Positions 49,624 to 62,854 of a stretch of 64,000 bases of DNA are shown here, piece after piece. Positions within the stretch are counted from its first letter, which is position 1; each line of letters begins with the position of its first letter. The notes under the pieces were generated by a model that was given only the letters and a program-made list of their open reading frames with translations, ran no database searches and was not told the DNA's origin. The DNA comes from an uncultured Bacilli bacterium (GTDB lineage: Bacteria; Bacillota_I; Bacilli_A; RF39; UBA660), in the NCBI GenBank assembly GCA_934096295.1, contig CAKOLL010000002.1, forward strand, positions 136,966-200,965, in the 5' to 3' direction. The translations under genes were made by a program, and so were the position numbers.

Positions 49624-50808
49624 ATGAAGAAAAAATATTTAGCGATGGTAATAATTGGTTTGTTTTTACTGACTTGTTCTTTAATTATTACACAAAGTGG
49701 TTTTGAAAAGGAGAATAATAAGGAAAATACAATATTAGAAGGTAGAATGTTAAGTTTAATGATTGAACAAACAGCTGGAGCTGGAGATTATAAGCCTGTA
49801 ACTCAAAGTAATTGGCCAACAGATGGATATAAGTATAATGCAGAGTTATCTGGTTGTGAAAATGATGGAAAATTAATGTGAGATGATGAAGAAAAAAAGG
49901 TTATTTTACAAGGAAATGTATCTGATAAATGTTATGTTTATTTTGATATTTATGAAGAGAAGGTTCTTCTTTCAGATTATGTAATATCACAATATACAGG
50001 AACACAAGGGGAAAATGGAATTTATTATCACAATGCCGGTTTAACTAATGGAGCAAAGGATGATTCATATCGTTATGCTGGAGCTAATCCAAATAATTAT
50101 GTGTGTTTTGGTAGCAATGATAGTACATGTCCGAATGATAATTTGTATAGAATTGTGAGTGTGAAGGATGGAAAAGTTAAGTTAATAAAATCAGATTATG
50201 CAAATAGTAATTTATTGGGTACTGATGGAGATTACGCTAATTCAGGAAACTTATATTCTTGGAATAAATACCCAGTAAATACATGGAGTGCTTGTTCGTT
50301 AAATAAAACAAATTTAAATATAAATTATATTAATAATATAGGTAGTGATTGGGCAAATAAAATAGCCGTTACAACATGGAAAGTTGGAGGAAATACTTGG
50401 GATAATATTTATTCTGTAACACCTTCGGTAGTATATCAAAATGAGATAACAAATCCAGATTCAACAGGTAGTACAGATAATGCTACAGAATATAGTGCAA
50501 AAATAGGTTTAATGTATATAAGTGATTATGGGTTTGCAGCAAGTCCAAGTGCATGGACACTGGCTATGAGTGCCTATAGTAATTCAACAGCTACAAGTAG
50601 TAATTGGTTATATAAAAATACGGCAGAATGGCCTATTTCTCGTACTTCAGATTTTACACGTGGTTCTTTCTTGATTCTTGCGGATGGTAGTGTTGGTGGT
50701 TATGGTACAAATAGTGCTTTTGCAATTCGCCCTGTTTTTAATTTTGAAGATTCTGTGGTATATAAATCAGGTTCTGGGACAAGTAGTGATCCAATTAGAA
50801 TAAATTAA
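49624..50808 (+). pseudogene. secreted/surface protein paralog family copy C, interrupted by single in-frame TGA (49879-49881) at conserved Trp position
   Basis: ORFs 49624-49881 and 50101-50808 are in one frame with no other stop between; copy A has 'MISWDNDK' where C has 'KLM*DDEEK'; downstream blocks (DDSYRYAG, CPNDNLYRIV, TWSACSLNKTNLNINYINNIG, WKVGGNT, AKIGLMYISDYGFAAS) intact. Confidence 0.75.
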
Positions 50809-50896
50809 GAAAATGCTTAAACTTTTAGAGACAATGGTCTCTTTTTTCTTTAATTAAATTATGGTTTGTGATAAAATATTAAGTAGGGAGTAAATT

Positions 50897-53734
50897 ATGC
50901 ATGTACCATTAAAAGTAGTAACTGATTATACATTATTAAAAAGCTTAATTAAGATACCAGACTTAATTAATTTTTTGCTTGATAAAAATATTACTGCTTG
51001 TGGAATCTGTGATGAAAACTTATATGGAGTATTGGATTTTTACTTTAGTTGTAAGAAAAATAATATTAAACCTATTATAGGACTTAATGTTAAAATAGAT
51101 AATTTAGATGTATATTTATATGCTAAGAATTATGAAGGATACAAGAATTTACTTAAGATTCATACCTTGAAGGAAAAAGATGAATTAAATTTAGAAGATA
51201 TATTGTTATATAAAAATAATATTATTATAATATTACCGTTTGCAAGTAAAGAATTGTTTTCAAAATTTAGTGATGTATTAGATTTATATATAGGATTTAG
51301 CAGTACATATGAGAAAATAAATGCATTACTTTTAACTAAAAATATAGTTTATATTAATGATTTAAGGGTATTAAAAAAAGAGGACGTTAGTTATCTTAAA
51401 TATTTAGATATTTTAAGAAAAGATAATACTGAGTTAAATATTGAATGCTATTATCATGATGGTATTGAAGATATTGGATTACTTGAAAAAATTGTAGATG
51501 AAATCAATATTGAAATACCTTTAGGAAAAAGATATATACCTAAGTATAATGATAATTCATATGAGTTACTTAAAAATTTATGTATGAAAGGTATAACTAA
51601 AAGACTTAATGGTAATGTAAGTAAAAAATATATTGATAGATTAAATTATGAACTTGATGTAATAAATAAAATGGGGTTTGTAGATTATTTTTTAATTGTT
51701 TATGATTATGTGTTATATGCTAAGAAAAATAATATTCTTGTTGGACCAGGGAGAGGGTCAGCTGCTGGGTCTTTGGTAAGTTATTCAATAGGAATAACAG
51801 AGATTGATCCATTAAGTTTTGGGTTAATGTTTGAAAGATTCCTAAATCCTGAAAGAATAACAATGCCTGATATAGATATAGACTTTGATGCTTATAAAAG
51901 AGAAGATGTAATAAATTATGTACGAGAAAAATATGGAAAAAATAATGTTGCATTAGGATTAACATTTACAACTTTAAAAAGTAAATTAGTTTTAAGAGAA
52001 ATGGGCAAAATTCTAAATATAAATAGTGGATTGCTTGATAATTTTATTAAAAATATAAATGGTAATGGTAGTTTGAAAGACAATTTGAGTAATGATAATA
52101 TAAAAAAATATCTTAATAATTATAAAGAATTAAAAAATTTATATATTATCTCTATGCATCTTGAAGGTCTTAAGAAAAATACATCAATTCATGCTGCTGG
52201 GGTAGTAATTTCTAGTGTTTGTTTAGACGATGTGATTCCTATACATATCGAGGATGATGTTTTAATTACTGGTTGTACAATGGATTTTATGGAAAGTATG
52301 GGACTTTTGAAAATGGACTTTTTGGCGGTTAAAAATCTAAGTACAATAGCCAATATTTTAGATGTAATTGGTAAGGATAAAATTAAAAATATTGATTTAA
52401 ATGATAAAGGTGTTTATAAAATATTTGCTAGTGGTAAAACAGAAGGGATTTTTCAATTTGAAACTCCACTTTTAAAAAGCTTAGTTGTCAAATTAAAATC
52501 TACATGTTTTAATGATTTAGTGGCAGCGATTGCTTTAGGTAGACCTGGGGCATTATTACAAGTAGATAACTATATTTTAAGAAAAGAAGGAAAAGAAAAA
52601 ATAGATTATATTGATGAGAGATTAGAAAATATATTAAAAGATACGTATGGAATAATTTTATATCAAGAACAAATTATGGAGGTATTAAGAGTTGTTAGTG
52701 GATATTCTTTAGCAGAAGCTGATTTAATAAGAAGAGCAATATCTAAAAAGAAAGAAAATATAATAAAAGAAGAAAGAGATAAATTTGTAAAAAAAGCTTG
52801 TAATAATGGGTATAATGTTATAAAAGCTAATTTGATTTATGATTTAATTGTTAGATTTGCCAATTATGGATTTAATAAATCACATTCAGTTGCATATGCA
52901 TATGTAGCATATCAAATGGCATACTTAAAACTTAAATATCCAGAGTACTTTATTATAGAAATGATTAATAATAAAGATAGTGATAAAGTTTTAAATTCTA
53001 TTAGTTACCTAAAAAATAGAGGATTTAAAATATTAAAACCCGATGTTAATATGAGTAAGGTGAAATATTATGTTTTTGATAAGACGTTGGTGATGCCGAT
53101 AGGAGAAGTAAAAGGTATTTCTGGGGAAATTTCTAGTAGAATAGAGAGTTCTAGATGTAAAAGGTATGTGGATATTTATGATTTTGTTTATAAAACTAGA
53201 GAGTTTATAAATGAAGACTTGTTTAAAATATTAGTTAAGAGTGGTTTTTTTGATAGTTTTAATATTAATAGACATACGTTAGATATAAATATGGAAAGTT
53301 TACTTAATTATGCTAATTTAAGTGATGGAAGTGGTTTAATAAGTAAACCAATGATTATTGAAGTAGATGAATATGATGATGCAAAGTTAAGACAAGATGA
53401 ACTAGAAATATATGGAATGTATATAAGTAATCATCCTGCAAGTAAATATAAAAATGTTGTTAAATTAAATAATATAGATAAGTACTTATTTAAAAATATT
53501 AAGTGTGTTGTTTTAATAACTAGGATAAAAAATATTGTAACTAAAAAGAACGAAAATATGGCATTTGTTTCTGCAAATGATGAAACAGGAAATGGAGATT
53601 TTACAGTGTTTCCAAAGGAAATGGAGTTATTAAAAAATATAGAAAATGGAAATTTAGTAGAAATAGCTGGTAGTGTTTCAAAAAGATTTGACAAAGTTAG
53701 TATAATCGTTAATAATATAAAGAAGGTGGTTTAG
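50897..53734 (+). CDS. dnaE: DNA polymerase III alpha subunit DnaE (PHP domain metal ligands degenerate)
   Basis: 'GPGRGSAAGSLVSYSIGIT' and 'DIDIDFD' Pol III alpha motifs; N-terminus 'HVPLKVVTDYTLLKS' lacks the H-x-H...H PHP triad. Confidence 0.85.
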   Translation: MHVPLKVVTDYTLLKSLIKIPDLINFLLDKNITACGICDENLYGVLDFYFSCKKNNIKPIIGLNVKIDNLDVYLYAKNYEGYKNLLKIHTLKEKDELNLEDILLYKNNIIIILPFASKELFSKFSDVLDLYIGFSSTYEKINALLLTKNIVYINDLRVLKKEDVSYLKYLDILRKDNTELNIECYYHDGIEDIGLLEKIVDEINIEIPLGKRYIPKYNDNSYELLKNLCMKGITKRLNGNVSKKYIDRLNYELDVINKMGFVDYFLIVYDYVLYAKKNNILVGPGRGSAAGSLVSYSIGITEIDPLSFGLMFERFLNPERITMPDIDIDFDAYKREDVINYVREKYGKNNVALGLTFTTLKSKLVLREMGKILNINSGLLDNFIKNINGNGSLKDNLSNDNIKKYLNNYKELKNLYIISMHLEGLKKNTSIHAAGVVISSVCLDDVIPIHIEDDVLITGCTMDFMESMGLLKMDFLAVKNLSTIANILDVIGKDKIKNIDLNDKGVYKIFASGKTEGIFQFETPLLKSLVVKLKSTCFNDLVAAIALGRPGALLQVDNYILRKEGKEKIDYIDERLENILKDTYGIILYQEQIMEVLRVVSGYSLAEADLIRRAISKKKENIIKEERDKFVKKACNNGYNVIKANLIYDLIVRFANYGFNKSHSVAYAYVAYQMAYLKLKYPEYFIIEMINNKDSDKVLNSISYLKNRGFKILKPDVNMSKVKYYVFDKTLVMPIGEVKGISGEISSRIESSRCKRYVDIYDFVYKTREFINEDLFKILVKSGFFDSFNINRHTLDINMESLLNYANLSDGSGLISKPMIIEVDEYDDAKLRQDELEIYGMYISNHPASKYKNVVKLNNIDKYLFKNIKCVVLITRIKNIVTKKNENMAFVSANDETGNGDFTVFPKEMELLKNIENGNLVEIAGSVSKRFDKVSIIVNNIKKVV

Positions 53735-56700
53735 ATGAATGATGAATTAAATAGATTTTTTAAGAGTATTTCCTTTAGTGATACACTATTTAATGATGCA
53801 ATACTTGATAGAGTTGTTTTAAAAAAAGATGAAAATAAGTTTTTAGTTTATATAAAAAATAAAAATGTTTTACCTGTTAGTAGTGTTAATAGATTATTTT
53901 TGTGTGCTATGAATGGTATTAACGGAGCTAAACCTTGTGAGGTGAATATTAACTATGATGAGGTAACTAATGAAGATATTGTTAGTTATTTAGATTATTT
54001 GATAGATGATATTATATTAAAAAGGCCATCATTAATAAGTATAAAGAAAAGTAATATTGAGGTTTTAAATAATACGATTTATTTTCGTGTATTAAATGAT
54101 TTTGAAAAGAGTGATTTATTACATGAATCAAAAGATATTTTAAAACATTTACAAAGATATGGGTTAGGTAATTTAAGTATAGAAATAAGTATTAGTGAAG
54201 ATGAAAGAAAAAGTTTACAAGAAGAAATCTTATTAGAAAAACAAAGTGTTTCATCTAAAAAAGAAGAAGAAAGTCCAGTTATTTTGGGGGTACATAAAGA
54301 TGGAGATGTAATAAAACTTAATAATATTTTAGGAGAAGTTAAAAATATTATTATTGAAGTTTATGTTTTTGCTAAAGAAGTATCTGAAAGACAAGGGAAA
54401 AAAGGTCCAATATTTATAATGAACTTGAAGGTTAGTGATAAAACTGATAGTTATCCATTAAAAATTGTTAGATTTAATGAAGAAGAATTTGCTCATTTAA
54501 ATAAAAAGTTAAATGTAGGATCATGGTATAGAATTCATGGTCATATGGAAATGGATGAATACTTACATCAAATGGTTATTAATGCTAGAAATATTGAAAT
54601 TATTCCATCTAAAGATGTAAGTGTTAAAGATGATTGCGATGAAAAGAGAGTTGAATTACATGCTCACACTATGATGAGTATGATGGATGGTGTTGTTCCT
54701 ACTGCAACTCTTGCTAAATTTGCTGCTAAGTTGGGACATAAAGCTGTTGCTGTAACTGATCATAATTCGCTGCAAGCTTATCCGGATATTTTTAATGCTT
54801 TGCAAAAGATGAATAAGGGAAAAGAAGATGCTGATAAATTTAAAGCTTTATATGGGGCTGAACTTAATGTTGTAGATGTTGAGTCTAATATTGTATTTAA
54901 AAATAAAGAATATCCTCTGTTTGATCAAGAGTATGTTGTATATGATACTGAGACTACAGGATTAAATAGTGGCATTGATCAAATGATAGAAATTGGGGCA
55001 GTGAAAGTTAAAAATGATGAGATAATTGATAGATTTGATGAACTTATTGCTTGTCCAACACCTTTACCTAAGATTATTACGGAGTTAACAAATATCACTG
55101 ATGAAATGTTAGTAGGTAAAGATAGTGAAGAAAATGTAACTAAAAGGTTTTTAGAGTTTTGTGGAGACTTACCTTTGGTTGCTCATAATGCTCAATTTGA
55201 TATTTCTTTTGTAACAAGTGCTTGTAAAAAATATAATTTAGGTGAGTTTAATAATACTGTTATAGATACTATGGGACTTGCTAGAAATATGTATCCAACA
55301 TGGAGAAATCATAAGTTATCTACTTTGGTTAAAAATCTGGAAGTTGAATGGGATGAAGATAAACACCATAGAGCAGATTATGACTGTGAAGGAACAAGTA
55401 AATGTTTTTATAAAATGTTATATGAATTAAAAAGTCAAAATATTAAAACTACCCTTGATTTAGAAACTTTGGCTGATAAAGAAAATGCCATTAAGTTTGC
55501 AAGACCTTTTCATTTAACAGTAATTGCTAAAAATCCAGTCGGGTTAAAAAATCTATTTAAAATAATTAGTTTAGCTAATACTAAATACTTATATAAAGGT
55601 AAGGATGCAAAAATACCTCGGACTGATTTAATTAATTTGCGAGAAGGATTGATTGTTGGTAGTGGTTGTGTTAATGGGGAAGTTTTTGATAAAGGTTATG
55701 GAATGAATGATGATGATTTAAAAGATTTAATGAACTTTTATGATTATATCGAGGTTCAACCGGCATCTGCTTGTTCTCATTTAATCAGCGAAGATAAAAA
55801 GTTTCATAATATCATGGAATATAATGGATATGTTTCAAGACTTGTTAAAACTGCTAAGTCGATGGGGAAACTTGTTTGTGCAACCGGAGATGTTCATAAT
55901 TTAAGACCTGAAGATATAATATATCGTAAGGTTATTGTTCATCAAAAAACAAATGGTAAGATTCATCCTTTAAATAGAGAAGGGGTTGAACTTCCTAATA
56001 TGTATTTTATGACTACGCAGGAAATGCTTGATGCGTTTGCATTCTTGGGTGATGATTTAGCCAAAGAAATAGTTATTACAAATACTAATAAAGTAGCTGA
56101 TATGGTCGAACATTTACAAATAATTAGAGATAAATTATATACACCAGTTTTGGAAAATAGTGCTGAGGTTACGAAAGAAATGGTTTATAATAAAGCTCAT
56201 GAAATATATGGGAATCCACTTCCTAAAAATATCGAAGATAGATTAGAGGCAGAACTTGCTGGTATCATCGGTGGTGGTTATGACGTAATTTACTTAATTG
56301 CTGAAAAATTGGTTAAGAAATCAAATGAAGATGGATATTTCGTTGGTTCTCGGGGATCTGTTGGTTCAAGTTTAGTTGCTACGATGATGGGAATAACTGA
56401 GGTTAATGGTCTTCCTCCGCATTATGTTTGTCCGAATTGTAAAAAATCTTATTTTGAAGATGAGGCTGGTGAGAGTCTTGCAGCTCTTTATCCATCTGGA
56501 TACGATATGCCTGATAGAACTTGTGAATGTGGTACAAAACTAAAAAAAGAAGGCCAAGATATGCCTTTTGCGACATTCTTAGGATTTAAAGCAGAAAAAG
56601 TACCTGATATTGACCTTAACTTTTCTGGGGATAATCAAGCTGATGCTCACAACCATGTAAAGGTATTGTTCGGAGAGGATCATGCTTATCGTGCGGGAAC

Positions 56701-58048
56701 TATTTCAACAGTTGCTGAAAAAACGGCGTTTGGTTATGTAAAAGCATATTGCGAAGATAAAGGTATTATTTTAAATAATACGGAAATTGAACGTATTTCT
56801 ATTGGTTGTACTGGTGTAAAAAGAACAACAGGTCAACATCCTGGAGGTATTATTGTTATTCCTCAATATATGGATGTATTTGATTTTACTCCATATCAAT
56901 ATCCAGCAGATGAACCTGATAGTACATGGTATACAACACATTTTGATTTCCATGCTATCCATGATAATGTCTTAAAACTTGACATCCTTGGTCACGATGA
57001 TCCGACGATGCTTAGATATTTAGGAGACACCACTGGTATTGATATAAAAAATGAAATTCCTTTTGATGATAAAAATATTATTAGTTTATTTACATCTCCG
57101 AAGGCATTAAATGTTTCAGAAGAACAAATTTTATGTAAAACTGGGACTTTAGGTATTCCTGAATTTGGTACAAACTTTGCTATTAACATGCTTTTGGAAA
57201 TTAAACCAACACATTTTGCAGATTTAGTTAAGATTGCAGGTCTATCTCATGGTACCAATGTATGGCAAGGAAATGTGCGTGATTTAATCGTAAATAATGT
57301 TGCGTCATTTAATGAAGTTGTAGGTTGTCGTGATGATATTATGGTTAGTTTAATCAATTATGGTCTTGATCCATCTAGGGCCTTCAAAATATCTGAGTTC
57401 GTTCGTAAAGGAAAAGCTAAAAAAGAACCTGAGACTTGGAATGAACATGTTGCATATATGAGAGAATTTAGTGTGCCAGAATGGTTTATTGAATGTTGTA
57501 GAAAGATAGAGTATATGTTCCCAAAGGCTCATGCTTGTGCATATGTTATGATGGCATATCGTGTTGCTTGGTTTAAAGTTTATTATCCTTTGTATTATTA
57601 TTCAGCATATTTTAGTATTAGAAGAAGTGACTTTGATGTTAATGCTATGCTTAAAGGATATGAGGGTATAAAACGCAGACTTATTGAAATAAAAGAAAAA
57701 GGATTTGGGGCATCTGCGAAAGAATCTGCAGTAGGGGATACATTAGCTGTTGCTCTTGAAATGCTTGCTCGCGGTTTTTCATTTAAAAATATTGATATTA
57801 CTAAGTCATTAGCTAAAACATTCTATATTGATGAAGAAAATAAATGCTTGTATTTGCCATTTATGGCATTAGATGGTTTAGGCGAAAATGTTGCAAATAA
57901 AATAATTGAAGAAAGAGAAAAGAAACCATTTTATTGTGTTGAAGACTTTCAAAACCGTGGAAAAGTTAATCAAACAGCCATCAATGCTTTAAGAGAATTA
58001 GGTGTTTTTGACGGAATGCCTGAGTCTGCACAACTTAGTTTGTTTTAA
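53735..58048 (+). CDS. polC: DNA polymerase III PolC-type (PolC)
   Basis: 1437 aa; OB domain, exonuclease 'YVVYDTETTG', PHP, zinc 'CPNCKK...CECG', polymerase core; start codon immediately follows dnaE stop. Confidence 0.95.
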   Translation: MNDELNRFFKSISFSDTLFNDAILDRVVLKKDENKFLVYIKNKNVLPVSSVNRLFLCAMNGINGAKPCEVNINYDEVTNEDIVSYLDYLIDDIILKRPSLISIKKSNIEVLNNTIYFRVLNDFEKSDLLHESKDILKHLQRYGLGNLSIEISISEDERKSLQEEILLEKQSVSSKKEEESPVILGVHKDGDVIKLNNILGEVKNIIIEVYVFAKEVSERQGKKGPIFIMNLKVSDKTDSYPLKIVRFNEEEFAHLNKKLNVGSWYRIHGHMEMDEYLHQMVINARNIEIIPSKDVSVKDDCDEKRVELHAHTMMSMMDGVVPTATLAKFAAKLGHKAVAVTDHNSLQAYPDIFNALQKMNKGKEDADKFKALYGAELNVVDVESNIVFKNKEYPLFDQEYVVYDTETTGLNSGIDQMIEIGAVKVKNDEIIDRFDELIACPTPLPKIITELTNITDEMLVGKDSEENVTKRFLEFCGDLPLVAHNAQFDISFVTSACKKYNLGEFNNTVIDTMGLARNMYPTWRNHKLSTLVKNLEVEWDEDKHHRADYDCEGTSKCFYKMLYELKSQNIKTTLDLETLADKENAIKFARPFHLTVIAKNPVGLKNLFKIISLANTKYLYKGKDAKIPRTDLINLREGLIVGSGCVNGEVFDKGYGMNDDDLKDLMNFYDYIEVQPASACSHLISEDKKFHNIMEYNGYVSRLVKTAKSMGKLVCATGDVHNLRPEDIIYRKVIVHQKTNGKIHPLNREGVELPNMYFMTTQEMLDAFAFLGDDLAKEIVITNTNKVADMVEHLQIIRDKLYTPVLENSAEVTKEMVYNKAHEIYGNPLPKNIEDRLEAELAGIIGGGYDVIYLIAEKLVKKSNEDGYFVGSRGSVGSSLVATMMGITEVNGLPPHYVCPNCKKSYFEDEAGESLAALYPSGYDMPDRTCECGTKLKKEGQDMPFATFLGFKAEKVPDIDLNFSGDNQADAHNHVKVLFGEDHAYRAGTISTVAEKTAFGYVKAYCEDKGIILNNTEIERISIGCTGVKRTTGQHPGGIIVIPQYMDVFDFTPYQYPADEPDSTWYTTHFDFHAIHDNVLKLDILGHDDPTMLRYLGDTTGIDIKNEIPFDDKNIISLFTSPKALNVSEEQILCKTGTLGIPEFGTNFAINMLLEIKPTHFADLVKIAGLSHGTNVWQGNVRDLIVNNVASFNEVVGCRDDIMVSLINYGLDPSRAFKISEFVRKGKAKKEPETWNEHVAYMREFSVPEWFIECCRKIEYMFPKAHACAYVMMAYRVAWFKVYYPLYYYSAYFSIRRSDFDVNAMLKGYEGIKRRLIEIKEKGFGASAKESAVGDTLAVALEMLARGFSFKNIDITKSLAKTFYIDEENKCLYLPFMALDGLGENVANKIIEEREKKPFYCVEDFQNRGKVNQTAINALRELGVFDGMPESAQLSLF

Positions 58049-58097
58049 GAAAAATCAAGGATAATCCTTGGTTTTTTTGTGGCTTTGAGTGAAAAAT

Positions 58098-58126
58098 TTG
58101 ACAAGTGGTGTCGATTGTGTTATAAT
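58098..58126 (+). promoter_or_regulatory. perfect consensus sigma-A promoter (TTGACA-17-TATAAT), copy 1
   Basis: ttgaca agtggtgtcgattgtgt tataat. Confidence 0.6.
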
Positions 58127-58176
58127 TTAGCTCCAATGTGGAAATACTATGAACAATATGATAAATTTACACGAAT

Positions 58177-58205
58177 TTGACAAAAATTGCAGTTTGTGGT
58201 ATAAT
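58177..58205 (+). promoter_or_regulatory. perfect consensus sigma-A promoter with extended -10 (TTGACA-17-TGgTATAAT), copy 2
   Basis: ttgaca aaaattgcagtttgtgg tataat. Confidence 0.6.
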
Positions 58206-58238
58206 ATAATTGTTCGAGTAATTAGGGGGTATGGAAAA

Positions 58239-58658
58239 ATGAAAGGATATGTTTTAGAATACGTCTGTGAAAATGAATTTAAAAAACTAGAAAGGGCATT
58301 AAAGAAATATAATATGTTAGCGTTTAAGAAATTAAACTTTGACTATTATCCAGCTTTAAGAAATGGTAATTTTGTAGGAGAATTAATTTCAGTAAATAAG
58401 AAAAATGGTACTGAAACTTATGAACTTAAATTACCAAGTGATAAGATGTTTGCTCAAATTCATGGTGAAGTTAAATTAGTTTATACAGTTCATAAAAAAG
58501 ACGAAGTTGTAGTTTTAGAAACTATTACACCATCTGAAATTCTTTTAGAAGGTCATAGATCTGAACTTACAACTTATAAAGGAATTATGATTTCTAAAGC
58601 TAATGCTTCAAAAGACATGTTTAAAATTGATTTACTTAATATGTTACAAGATAAATAA
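58239..58658 (+). CDS. hypothetical protein (139 aa) driven by the tandem consensus promoters
   Basis: AGGGGG RBS 9 nt before ATG; ORF-track start 58149 would overlap promoter 2, so trimmed. Confidence 0.45.
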   Translation: MKGYVLEYVCENEFKKLERALKKYNMLAFKKLNFDYYPALRNGNFVGELISVNKKNGTETYELKLPSDKMFAQIHGEVKLVYTVHKKDEVVVLETITPSEILLEGHRSELTTYKGIMISKANASKDMFKIDLLNMLQDK

Positions 58659-58763
58659 TTGTTTATAAAACTTAAGCTTCGGGGGTTGCTTAAGTTTTTT
58701 TGTGTTTTTTACTAAAAACCACTTGTCAGATTAAAAAAAATATGATAATATTAATATTGTCAT

Positions 58764-58840
58764 GGACCTCTAGCTCAGTTGGTTAGAGCCCCCGGCTCAT
58801 AACCGGGTTGTCGCAGGTTCGAGTCCTGCGAGGTCCACCA
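58764..58840 (+). tRNA. tRNA with CAT anticodon (Met-type; D-arm/acceptor resemble Firmicutes tRNA-Ile2/lysidine)
   Basis: Cloverleaf: acceptor ggacctc/gaggtcc, D-arm tagctcagttggttagagc, anticodon stem cccgg-ctCATaa-ccggg, T-arm caggttcgagtcctg, CCA encoded. Confidence 0.85.
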
Positions 58841-58846
58841 TTTTAT

Positions 58847-58931
58847 GCAAGCGTGGCGGAACTGGTAGACGCGCTAGACTTAGGATCTAGTGGAATATTC
58901 CGTGGGGGTTCAAGTCCCTTCGCTTGCACCA
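58847..58931 (+). tRNA. tRNA-Leu (anticodon TAG), long variable arm
   Basis: acceptor gcaagcg/cgcttgc, anticodon stem ctaga-cTTAGga-tctag, variable arm tggaatattccgt, T-arm gggggttcaagtccc, CCA encoded. Confidence 0.85.
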
Positions 58932-59030
58932 GATTGATAGGAAACTCGAACTTTTATAAATTCGAGAGTAATAAATTACTAACAGAAATGTTAGTTTTTT
59001 TGTTATTTAAGAAAGGAAAAGTGATGAGTT

Positions 59031-59300
59031 ATGACAATAGAAACTAAAGAACTTGTAATAAGTGAAGAATTAAAAAGAAAGGTAGAAATGATTTGTAGGT
59101 TTGCTTATGTTGACTACACTATCACAAATGGAAATATTAAAAGTATTAAAAACACAAATATTGCTATGGTTAAACCTCATATAGTAAAAATTAAAGGTAT
59201 TGATTATTTAATATTTGATGAATGTGATGATATTTTTATAAATGGTTATAAAGAGAAAATTAAGTTTAAAGATTTTGAAGAATATATTAAAACCCACTAA
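59031..59300 (+). CDS. small hypothetical protein
   Basis: 89-aa ORF, no motif. Confidence 0.3.
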   Translation: MTIETKELVISEELKRKVEMICRFAYVDYTITNGNIKSIKNTNIAMVKPHIVKIKGIDYLIFDECDDIFINGYKEKIKFKDFEEYIKTH

Positions 59301-59440
59301 AACCTTGACAAATCAAGAATAAATGTATATAGTATAGAACTAATAAAAGCAAGCAGTATCGCTTTTTAAAGGGGAAAGAGAGGTACTTCTATGATTAAAA
59401 GCACATATAACATATTTAAAATTTATACTTATTTATTTAA

Positions 59441-62606
<3,166 letters not shown>

Positions 62607-62624
62607 AAAACGAGCAACAGCTCG

Positions 62625-62700
62625 TGAAAAAAGACCATTTTGTCGAAATGGTAACACACTACGCTATTGGCAAAGCCAATAACGGTGTGAAAAAGGGAAA
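62625..62700 (-). promoter_or_regulatory. candidate oriT: minus-strand TAGTGTGTTA (pMV158-type nick sequence) flanked by hairpins
   Basis: Plus strand reads ...ccattttgtcgaaatgg taacacacta cgctattggcaaagccaa...; reverse complement contains tagtgtg/tta between inverted repeats ttggctttgccaa and ccatttcgacaaaatgg. Confidence 0.4.
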
Positions 62701-62854
62701 TTCCCTTTTTAATCCCTTTTAATCATAATTTTAGCAAGGCATATAAAGCCAAGCAAAATTATGTTTTTATTTTCAAAACTTCGTAATGAAAATAAAGAAA
62801 AGTTCTAATGAAATAACAATTATTAGAACTTTTTAAACATATTCAAAAAACAAA

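Noticed and set aside
49879-49881. TGA read as Trp (genetic code 4, Mollicutes-like) because it aligns to Trp in paralog A
   Set aside because: All other genes in the window give long uninterrupted ORFs under the standard code, and Trp is encoded by TGG throughout. A single TGG to TGA transition in one paralog is the simpler explanation.
58808-59047. 79-aa plus-strand ORF
   Set aside because: Spans both tRNA genes. tRNA cloverleaves are well supported, so the ORF is spurious.
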